Below, in pieces: positions 42,980 through 50,878 of a DNA stretch of 52,083 nt (the stretch's first letter is position 1; every line of letters begins with the position of its first letter). The notes under the pieces are model-generated. The model worked only from the letters and a program-made list of their open reading frames with translations. It ran no database searches and had not been told where the DNA came from. Source of the stretch: Calditrichia bacterium (GTDB lineage: Bacteria > Calditrichota > Calditrichia > JAJRVZ01). Location of the stretch: positions 1 to 52,083 of the forward strand of contig CAVZSQ010000020.1 of NCBI GenBank assembly GCA_963777955.1. Reading direction: 5' to 3'. A program made the translations under genes and the position numbers.

Positions 42980-43155
42980 AGGGACAAAGAAAAGGCACTG
43001 AGGCACTGAGGCACTGAGGCACTGAGGCACTGAGGCACAGAGGGACAGACTGACATGAGGCGACAGAGGCACTAAAATAAAGATTAAAGATGAAAGATAT
43101 TAAGACATCAAGGCGTTATGGAGAACTGATGCCAAAGGCATCCGAGGATATTTGA
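42980..43155. repeat. Composite repeat: (AGGCACTG)x5+2 at 42993-43048, heptamers and a GATGCCAAAGGCATC palindrome
   Basis: Direct reading; parallels 29131-29345. Confidence 0.8.
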
Positions 43156-43239
43156 AAACAAGAGATATAATCTACCGTTGATAAGCGAGAACCTTTATCC
43201 TTTAGCCCTTTACCCATTAATGCAGTCTAAAGGATCAAA

Positions 43240-43923
43240 ATGAATACAATTTTATGCATTGGTGCGCATCCGGATGACATGGAATACACCTGTACCGGGA
43301 CTCTGGCCAAATTTAAAAAACAGGCTGCGGACAGCCGGATTTATTATGTCATTGTTACCAACGGTGAAAACGGTTTTAAGATGAACAGAAAAGCGACTGT
43401 CCCGCAGCGGGTACGCATCCGCAAAGCGGAACAACTGGAAGCAGCCCGCAGGCTCGGGGTGGAAAAAGTATTTTTCCTGGGGTACCGGGATGGATTCCTG
43501 GCATCAACGGAAAAATTACGGCGGCAACTGGTAAAAATAATCAAAACACTGAAACCTGAAATAATTTTTACCTTTGATCCGGCCAATAAAAGTTTCAATA
43601 ATTTAAATGCCCTGCACCACGATCACCGCATTGTGGCTGAAGCGGTATTCGATGCCTGCTTTGCGGCGAAGAATTTATGGATGTATCCCGGTGAAACTCA
43701 TCACATTAAAAAATTATATTTTTTTACTACGGATAAGCCCAATCACATTGAAGATATAACCGAGTTGATGGACTTCAAATTGGAATTACTGGCCTGCCAC
43801 CGTTCGCAGTTCCCCGATTTTTCCAAAGTAGCCGAGCATGTGCGCAACGATCTGTCCAGGCACAGCGCGGAGTTCACTTACAGCGAGGCGTTCCGGGTGG
43901 TGGAGGTGCCACTACCGAAGTAA
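43240..43923 (+). CDS. PIG-L family deacetylase
   Basis: GAHPDDME; TNGE; R..EQ.EAA..LG; HHDH; CHRSQ. Confidence 0.92.
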   Translation: MNTILCIGAHPDDMEYTCTGTLAKFKKQAADSRIYYVIVTNGENGFKMNRKATVPQRVRIRKAEQLEAARRLGVEKVFFLGYRDGFLASTEKLRRQLVKIIKTLKPEIIFTFDPANKSFNNLNALHHDHRIVAEAVFDACFAAKNLWMYPGETHHIKKLYFFTTDKPNHIEDITELMDFKLELLACHRSQFPDFSKVAEHVRNDLSRHSAEFTYSEAFRVVEVPLPK

Positions 43924-44348
43924 GATTCCCGCCTGTACTAATATCAAGCAAGGTGCAAGTTTAGCGGGAATGGCACTTTTAGTATTGCGGATGTATCTTT
44001 CTATTTAAATGCGAATAGATTTAGTATGTCATCCCGGCGAAAGCCGGGATCTTTTTTTATCAAGGCAGAATAAGATCCCGGGTCAAGCCCGGGATGACAT
44101 TTCCCGGGTATCTGTCTTGCGCCAGATATTCGACAAGCTCGGGATGACATTTTACAGGCTTGCAATTAACAAGGTTGATAAAGTCTCTGGATCGACTGAT
44201 TCTCGGATTCTGTCTTGCACCAGGTCTCCGACATGCCCGGGATGACAATATTTGAAACGGGCTTGCCGCAACATGTCATCCCGACCTCGAGCCGGGATCT
44301 CTTTGTACCAGAACAGAAATAGATCCCGGATTAAATCCGGGATGACAC
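43923..44348. repeat. REP/BIME-like cluster (about 7 palindromic units) between convergent genes
   Basis: Repeated GTCATCCCG..CGGGATCT and AGATCCCG..CGGGATGAC units, two with loop inserts, preceded by an ATTCCCGC..GCGGGAAT unit. Confidence 0.85.
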
Positions 44349-44372
44349 TTATCGCAAGATATGAACTTTTTC

Positions 44373-45401
44373 TTAAGATTCAAACACTCCCGGAATCATA
44401 GTCCCGCAGAATCCGCATTTCCCGTCTTTCAAATTATTCTTAACCACGCTGTGCCAGTCGCGCTCGATCAGCGGTTTTTTACACTGCGGGCAGTAAGTGG
44501 TCTGGCCCTCGCGGTCCAGGACATTACCGAGGTAGCAATATTTCAATCCGGCCGACAGGGCCAGGTTACGGGCTTGTCTTAAAGTTGAAGCAGGTGTCGG
44601 AGGTTTATCGCGCATCTTGAAGTCGGGGTGAAACGCGGTGAAATGCAGCGGTACACTATCCCCCAGGTTGGTAAGGATCCAGTCGCACATGCGGCTGATC
44701 TCTTTAGGCGAGTCATTCTCAGCGGGGATCAGCAGGGTGGTGATCTCGATCCAGACGCTGGTTTCATGCTTAAGCCAGCGCAGGGTATCCAGTACATCGG
44801 CCAGGTGGGCGAAGGTCAATTTATGATAGAATTGATCGTTGAAGGCTTTCAGGTCGACATTGGCTGCATCCACATAAGCATAAACATCTTTACGCGCCTC
44901 TTTATCGATGTAACCATTGGTGACCATGACAGATTTGATCCCCGCCTCGTGGGCCAGGCGGGAGATATCGATGACGTATTCGCCGAAGATAACCGGATCG
45001 TTGTAGGTATAAGCGATGGAGGGGGCATTATAGCGTTGGGCCAGGGCCACTACTTCGGCCGGGGATACGGACAGGGCATTGAGGTCATCCAGTCTGGCTT
45101 TGCTCATCGACCAGTTCTGGCAGAATTTGCAGCCCAGGTTACAGCCGGCCGTACCGAAACTGAGGATACCTGTGCCGGGTAAAAAATGATTAAGCGGTTT
45201 TTTTTCGATGGGATCGACGGCGAAGCCGGTGGGATGACCGTAGCCGGTGCTGACCAGGGTAGCCGTCGATGTTCTGGCGGATGTAACAGAAGCCCGATTG
45301 TCCCGGACCGATTTTGCAGTAGCGCGGGCAGAGGGTGCACAGGATTTTGTTGGTATCTGTGTTTTGCCACCAGCGGGCGGGGTGATATTGATTCCAGGCA
45401 T
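44373..45401 (-). CDS. amrS: AmmeMemoRadiSam system radical SAM enzyme; N-terminus has compensating indels
   Basis: DPIEKKPLNHF; GCNLGCKFCQNW; AYTYNDP; TYCPQC. The alternate frame gives HPARWW..ILCTLCPRYCKIGPGQSGFCYIRQN. Confidence 0.9.
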   Translation of the reverse strand: MPGINITPPAGGKTQIPTKSCAPSARATAKSVRDNRASVTSARTSTATLVSTGYGHPTGFAVDPIEKKPLNHFLPGTGILSFGTAGCNLGCKFCQNWSMSKARLDDLNALSVSPAEVVALAQRYNAPSIAYTYNDPVIFGEYVIDISRLAHEAGIKSVMVTNGYIDKEARKDVYAYVDAANVDLKAFNDQFYHKLTFAHLADVLDTLRWLKHETSVWIEITTLLIPAENDSPKEISRMCDWILTNLGDSVPLHFTAFHPDFKMRDKPPTPASTLRQARNLALSAGLKYCYLGNVLDREGQTTYCPQCKKPLIERDWHSVVKNNLKDGKCGFCGTMIPGVFES

Positions 45402-45593
45402 ATTATAATCATTCTGTTAAGTATCCAAATAAGAGCGCAGACTAATACAGTGTCAGTCCCTGACGATTCCTGAGTCCCTGAGTGTCTTCTGCATTATGAT
45501 CACAGCTGTGCTGAAATCAGACCTGAATGGATTTTCTGTGCTCACAACCTGAAGCAATCCAAAATACCGATTACCAATCCAGAATTATATATT

Positions 45594-45642
45594 CTCTGTG
45601 GAACTCCGTCCGAAGGTCTCCGTGGAACTTCGTGTAACCTGA
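45594..45642. repeat. CTCYGTG-unit repeat arm
   Basis: CTCCGTGGAACTTCGTGTAACCTGA is the near-exact reverse complement of the sequence starting at 33221. Confidence 0.65.
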
Positions 45643-45660
45643 TCCCAACACATATCCCGG

Positions 45661-46242
45661 TTATGAGTGATAATAAGGATTTTTCCCTTCAGCATGTTCG
45701 GTGACATCGTAGACCGCGGTGATTTCCGGCAGCATTTGTTTGAGGGTCGCTTCGACGCCGTGTTTCAGGGTAACGTTGGCCATACCGCAGCCCTGGCAGC
45801 CGCCGCCCATCTGGATGATCACGTCCGTACCGCGCACGTCGACCAGGGCAACGAAGCCGCCGTGGCCGGCGATGCCGGGATTGATCTGCTGATCGATGAT
45901 CTGCACCACTTTTTCGGCCAGGGTCCCTTTATATTCCTTGGGTACACGCGGCACGTTAAGGAATTTGAAGCCGCTGCCGCTGGAGCCCTCTTCGAAGTCC
46001 AGGGTCACTTCCTCGAAATAGCGGGTGCTGTCTTTATCTATATATAGATTCAGGTCGTTCATGGTAATGACCGTATCGGTATCTTTAATGGTTTTAGGCG
46101 ATACAAAAGCCAGACCGTACTGCACCTGGAAGGGTGAGCGGGCCTGGGCCAGCACGCGGATGCCGGTAGGTTTCTCTTTTTCCTGATTGCCGTTTAGGGC
46201 TTCGAGCAGTTTTTGCTGCGCCGTTGCGGTTACCTGCAGCAT
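45661..46242 (-). CDS. nfuA: Fe-S biogenesis protein NfuA (degenerate A-type carrier + NifU C-terminal domain)
   Basis: AAGGAGG RBS before MLQVTATAQ; INPGIAGHGG; GGGCQGCGMA; DVTEHAEGKNPYY. Confidence 0.88.
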   Translation of the reverse strand: MLQVTATAQQKLLEALNGNQEKEKPTGIRVLAQARSPFQVQYGLAFVSPKTIKDTDTVITMNDLNLYIDKDSTRYFEEVTLDFEEGSSGSGFKFLNVPRVPKEYKGTLAEKVVQIIDQQINPGIAGHGGFVALVDVRGTDVIIQMGGGCQGCGMANVTLKHGVEATLKQMLPEITAVYDVTEHAEGKNPYYHS

Positions 46243-46326
46243 GTTGTAGATCCTCCTTGCTGTTTTATTTCTTACTATATTAAATAAAACGTGAGCGTGA
46301 AGCAAAAAAATCCATCCTGTTTTTTT

Positions 46327-46562
46327 GACGAAATTCATGTTGGAGTTCGGCGTAAGCCGGGCGAGTTTGAATTTCGTTGGAGCATAGCGACACTTTTTGG
46401 TTGTTCCCCGCTTACGCGGGGACAAGTTTTGGCCAGTCAAAAAGTAACTTAATAAATATATTGCCTCCGGCGGCCTACTTTTTTCTTGATAAAAAAGTAG
46501 GCAAAAAATCAAGGCGAATTTAAACTCGTCCGGCAACTGCCGGACTCAAACATAAATTCGCC
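46327..46562. repeat. Two inverted copies of a bipartite structured element
   Basis: 46327-46377 matches the reverse complement of 46513-46562 (CGAAWTYATGTTKGAGTYCGGC..GCCGGRCGAGTTTRAATT); each has an inner ..AAAAAGTA module. Confidence 0.7.
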
Positions 46563-46592
46563 GAAATAAAAACTTTAAACATTAATGAAAAG

Positions 46593-47554
46593 TTATTTAT
46601 CAATTGGGCTCTTTACTCCCAGGCCGCCGCGGTTTAGCACGTGGGTATAGATCATGGTAGTGCGGACGTCTTTGTGTCCCAGCAGTTCCTGGACAGTGCG
46701 GATATCGTACCCGTTTTCGAGCAGGTGTGTGGCGAAACTATGGCGCAGGGTATGGCAGGAGGCCGGTTTCTGTATCTTAGTCCGTTGTACCGCCTGCTTT
46801 ACAGTTTTTTGCAGGATGCTTTCGGAGAGGTGGTGGCGTTGTTTTACGCCGGCTGCGCGGGTCGACCGAGAGGGTATCGGCGGGGAAAAGGTATTGCCAG
46901 CAGAAGTCCCTGGCGGCGTTTTTATATTTGCGTTCCAGGGCATAGGGCAGGTATACCGAGCCATAGCCGTTCTGCAGGTCCTGCTGGTGCAGGATTTTAA
47001 CGGATTTGATTTGCAGTTGCAGGGCAGCTTTGATGGTGAGGGGCAGGATAGTGATACGGTCTTTATGTCCCTTGGCATCGTGGATGGTGATCTGGTTGTA
47101 GTTAAAATCGATATCTTTAATGCGCAGGTCAAAGACATTCCAGCAGTCGCAGTCCCGCGCCGTAGAGGAGTCCGGCCATCAGTTTATATTTTCCCTCGAG
47201 GTGGTTAAGCAGGTTAAGGACTTCGTCTTTGCTCAGCACCACGGGCAGGTGTTGGCTGGTTTTAGCGCGGATAAATTCGCCGATGTCGGGGATATCACGG
47301 TTCAGGATTTCGCGGTAGAAGAAGATGATGGCATTGAGGGCCTGGTTCTGGGTGGCGGCGGCGACATTGGCCTTGACGGCCAGGAAGGTCAGGTACTGGT
47401 TGATTTCGGCGGCGCCCATTTCAGCCGGGTGGCGTTTGTGGTGGAAGAGGATGAAGCGTTTGACCCACTGGGTATAGTTTTGCTCGGTGCGCAGACTGAA
47501 ATGTTTGGCGCGGATGCGGTTGCGCAGCTGGTCCAGCAATTTTTCATTGGACAT
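46593..47554 (-). CDS. intI: Integron integrase (tyrosine recombinase); split by indels
   Basis: [38 protein letters not shown]; IntI-specific [11 protein letters not shown] segment (alternate frame); [34 protein letters not shown]. Confidence 0.93.
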
Positions 47555-47699
47555 AGGATATTCTTTTATTATATTGATAATGTTAGAATTCTGATATTCC
47601 TTATAATTAATTTCTATACAGGCAAAAAGTGTACCGGTTTAATTATGTTAAAAAGGCGGAATAATTCCGTGTTATAACCTGGAGTCGTTCCGTATTTGA

Positions 47700-47728
47700 T
47701 ACGGAATTAACCAATTGAATTGTTAGGA
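47700..47728 (+). other. Putative attI site
   Basis: ..AATTAACCAATTGAATTG|TTAGGA core at 47722-47728, about 170 nt upstream of the intI start and before the first attC. Confidence 0.6.
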
Positions 47729-47804
47729 GTTGTTAAAATATTTCAGAAAGATTTTCTATAAAAAAGGTTTAAAATTTATTTTGCATAAAATACAGATACA
47801 TTCC

Positions 47805-47969
47805 ACTTAATTATATGATAAGCCGACCGCAGGCGGCCGGCTTATCGGCGCGGCGGCTTTTCAATCCGCATTCAGACCGCCTGCGGCGGCCTATCATGCG
47901 GATTGAACCGCAAGCCCTGGAACGCCTGCGGCGTTCCGGTCTTACGGCTCATCCGCCGCGCCGTTAGGC
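47805..47969 (+). other. Long (165 bp) atypical attC with degenerate R''
   Basis: ttccACTTAAT-TATAT-GATAAGCCG ... CGGCTCATC-CGCCGCGCC-GTTAGGCggaa, with several internal GC-rich hairpins. Confidence 0.55.
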
Positions 47970-47993
47970 GGAATTTGGAAAAACGGACGATAC

Positions 47994-48419
47994 ATGATTA
48001 CTCTCCTGCACCATTTGTACAAGAAAGGTAAGGATCTTTTTGCTGGCCGTTTTATAGACTGGCTTGTTCGCAAAGAGCGAGCAGCCTTGCCATCTCAGAC
48101 TGGAGGGAACTATACCGGCAGATTAGATCTGAGATCCAAGGTTATCCCGTGTTCCTTGAAACTAGGAACGATGGAATACTTGCCATTGACGATCCCGGCG
48201 TCGCGTCAGGTACTGTGGATATCATAAGTCTCATAGTAGCCTGTGTAGGCGATGGGGTTCCTCCATGGGAAACGGAGCATACTGCTCAGGTGCTTTTAGG
48301 CAAGTCTTTGTAGCCGTGAGGGATATAATGCGATCAAGTTGCTCAACAGGGATCCAGAGACGTTCGTTGGTTACTACGTCAGGCTACGACCTGTCGCTAA
48401 GACATCTGTTGCCAAGTAA
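47994..48419 (+). CDS. Cassette 2 hypothetical protein (fragmented)
   Basis: ATG shortly after the R' core; a terminal frame ..EGYNAIKLLNRDPETFVGYYVRLRPVAKTSVAK* ends just before the attC. Confidence 0.4.
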
Positions 48420-48427
48420 GGGGCGCC

Positions 48428-48491
48428 GACTAACAATTCGCTCCAACGGACGGTCCGCTTCGCGGTCCGCCGCTGAGCTCAAACGTTAGCC
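48428..48491 (+). other. attC site (64 bp)
   Basis: GACTAAC-AATTC-GCTCCAACGG..CCGCTGAGC-TCAAAC-GTTAGCC. Confidence 0.9.
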
Positions 48492-48543
48492 TTTTTCTAT
48501 ATATGAGGGAGATCAATTTTACAACTCATCAATTGAACTTACT

Positions 48544-49067
48544 ATGCATGACTTTCCAGAACTCATAGATCGATGCTTAACCTTTACCCTTACTAACTTA
48601 AGGGTAGCAAATGAGAAAACAATTGAGGCGCTGCAAACAAGTAGCGCATCATCGCTGGTAAAGAATCTTCAGATGATAAATCTTCAAAAAGTGATTTTAG
48701 CGGTTGGTATATTTTCAATATTTGAAGCCAGATTGCAAGAAGGTCTGAACTGTAGTAATGGATTTGAGGAAGCCAAGAAAATATTAACTGACGAAAGTGA
48801 GTCTGACATGAAAGAGCGCTTTGATGATCTTATTTCACTGTCAATGTGCTCAAACATGGACGCGGCCGAAGTTACGATGCTCTCATTGAGAAGACTAAAA
48901 ACTTACCGTTCAAAATTAAACTACCCGACGAATCTTTCTTCTTCGAGGGTGATGTGTCAGAAGTAGCGACATTGGTAGAGATAGACGATGCATTCGTTCA
49001 TCAATGTGCTGATGTTATTAGCGATGTTTATGGTGTGATTCATCGCGTACGCCCAGACTTTGTATAG
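48544..49067 (+). CDS. Cassette 3 hypothetical helical protein, HEPN-like; one indel near 48832
   Basis: ORFs 48544-48966 and 48846-49067 join into ..GIFSIFEARL..VNVLKHGRGRSYDAL.. Confidence 0.65.
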
Positions 49068-49103
49068 GTGTGAGTTGTGTTGTTGTCTATTGAAATAAAA
49101 CCC

Positions 49104-49198
49104 GGCTAACAACGGCCTCAACCGAACGCCCAGCCGAGTAGCGTGAATTGCTATATTATGTTTAGTGGCTGGTCGCCGGTTATGCCTGGTCGTTAGAC
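49104..49198 (+). other. attC site (95 bp, family A)
   Basis: GGCTAAC..GCCGGTTATGCCTGGTC-GTTAGAC; nearly identical to 50770-50864. Confidence 0.9.
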
Positions 49199-49213
49199 AG
49201 ATTATAGAGGCAA

Positions 49214-49757
49214 ATGAAAAAATGAAGAAATCGTCACTTTGACAAAAAAAGACTAACGAGTAAATTCCACTATTTTACACAGAAAATTGAAAAATTGTGG
49301 AGAGATAGGCAACGAATAGAAGCAATTTTATACATGAGTGTATTAATTGAGTTCTTAATTAAGGAGTGTATTTTTGAGTTCGAATACATTATTGAAGCAA
49401 TGTCGTTTGGTGCACATATTAGTTTCAATCGAAGGAATTTATATAGTAAAAAGGATATCGAAAGCCAGCCCATGGGTTATTTAATAAGGATTTTAGATAC
49501 ATATACAAATGATAAAAAAGTGAGTCAGGAGTTTGACTCATTTTTCCCAAATACGAAACGAAGTTGTTCATAATATCTTATACCAGGATATTAAATACAT
49601 CAATACACTATTAAAAGGTTTCGACAAATCATTCTATAATCTTCTGACACAACTATTAAGCCTCAATATTAAACAGATGGAATTTATTGATAAAAATTAT
49701 GATTATGTTTGTGACTCTTGTTTTAAGGAGGCTTTACCTAAACAAGTTAAGTTTTAA
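49214..49757 (+). CDS. Cassette 4 protein with HEPN-type RxxxxH motif (fragmented)
   Basis: GAGG RBS; fragments join to ..EAILYMSVLIEFLIK..PMGYLIRIL..FSQIRNEVVHN.. Confidence 0.6.
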
Positions 49758-49818
49758 ATATTAATAAAAAATACATTTCCATTGACGAAGGTAGATTAAC
49801 TAATTTTAAATTAAATGG

Positions 49819-49879
49819 ATCTAACACCGCAGTGCAGCGGACCTGCTTGAAGCAGGCCGCTGACTTTTGGTCGTTAGCC
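49819..49879 (+). other. attC site (61 bp)
   Basis: ATCTAAC-ACCGC-AGTGCAGCGG..CCGCTGACT-TTTGGTC-GTTAGCC. Confidence 0.9.
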
Positions 49880-49897
49880 GGACACAAGGAGGATCTG

Positions 49898-50363
49898 ATG
49901 TGGCCCTCAAGAAGAAACTGCCTCCACTCGCCGAACTGCCCCGTGACGGTGCCTGGCTGGTAGCCCAAGGCTCGAATGAAGGGGAAGCCCCTCATCGCCC
50001 GTATCAACGCTTCGGTCGATGGATTCCGCGGTCACCCGGAACTTACCTATCAGGTCGGCGTCGCGATTCCGCTCAAGCTGCCAGACGAGAACGGCATGCC
50101 CCAGCCAGAAGAGGCGGAGGAACTAAACCAGATAGAGGATCTCGTTTTTGAAATCTTGGAGGTCCAGAGCCGGTCGGTCCTCGTGGCCGTCATCACAACT
50201 GGCGGGATGCGCGAGTTTGTCTTCTACGCCGTGGATCCGGAGGAAGTGAAGGTGAATCACATGCGCCTCTGCCAGGCGGTGACGACCGGGCCACCAGGTC
50301 CAGTTGATGATCCAGACCGATCCGAAATGGAACGTGTTCGCGGCTCTTCGGGATGCCGGCTAA
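49898..50363 (+). CDS. Cassette 5 DUF695-like protein (GC-rich; indels)
   Basis: AGGAGG RBS; 'W.VAQG..EGKPLIARIN..DENGMPQPEEAEELNQIED..VAVITTGGMREFVFY..QTDPKW'; the stop lies within R'' of the attC. Confidence 0.7.
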
Positions 50364-50428
50364 CATGGCGTTGCAGCGGTCGGTCGGCCGCAGACGGCCG
50401 CCCGCCGCTGAACGCCAAGCCGTTAGGT
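50358..50428 (+). other. attC site (71 bp)
   Basis: GGCTAAC-ATGGC-GTTGCAGCGG..CCGCTGAAC-GCCAAGCC-GTTAGGT. Confidence 0.92.
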
Positions 50429-50440
50429 GGAAGCCTAAAG

Positions 50441-50763
50441 ATGTCAAAAATTCAATTATATACTTTGTTCATATTAATAGGAGTGGGAATATTTTATTTC
50501 ATAAGAATTATTTTACTTCTTTTGAACTTATCCACATTCTGTTGTAATGTGGTCAATAATTAGTTGGTGGCATTTACCTTTAGCATTACTTGTGTCAATA
50601 ATATCAGTATCATTGTTAATATATTATAATATTAAATACACTCGATTAGCTGATGGTTATCTCTTTGTTCTTAATAGCTTTGTCATCAGTAGTTCTTTGG
50701 AAATTAATTTTTAACATAGACACTATGAATAAACCCTTATTTTCAGGTTTTTGGATAAAATAA
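50441..50763 (+). CDS. Cassette 6 small membrane protein (fragmented)
   Basis: MSKIQLYTLFILIGVGIFYFIRIILL..; AT-rich and hydrophobic; fills the space between two attC sites. Confidence 0.45.
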
Positions 50764-50769
50764 ATTATA

Positions 50770-50864
50770 ACCTAACAACGGCATCAACCGGACGCCCAGC
50801 CGACTAGCGTGAATTGCTGAGTAGATCGGAGTGGCTGGTCGCCGGTTATGCCTGGTCGTTAGAA
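50770..50864 (+). other. attC site (95 bp, family A)
   Basis: ACCTAAC..GCCGGTTATGCCTGGTC-GTTAGAA. Confidence 0.9.
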
Positions 50865-50878
50865 GGATATTGGAAGAC

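Noticed and set aside
42993..43048. Octamer array as a phase-variation switch
   Set aside because: It lies after the sdhB stop and well upstream of the next start; no coding frame or evident promoter spacing is affected.
43923..44348. Possible CRISPR array
   Set aside because: Units alternate in orientation, vary in length and lack regular unique spacers; no cas genes. This is a REP-type cluster.
46243..46536. 98-aa N-terminal extension of NfuA
   Set aside because: It is read-through of a palindromic non-coding element; a strong RBS supports the ATG at 46242.
46593..47554. intI as a true pseudogene or programmed frameshift
   Set aside because: The catalytic motifs are intact and the indels match the local error pattern; this cannot be called without reads.
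48248..48300. Fluoride riboswitch-like start GGCGATGGGGTTC
   Set aside because: P1 pairing is imperfect, the 3' GCTGATGAC..CT element is missing, and there is no fluoride-related gene downstream.
49976..50563. 195-aa ORF spanning two cassettes
   Set aside because: A frameshift chimera that reads through the attC at 50358-50428 and joins the DUF695-like gene to the next cassette.
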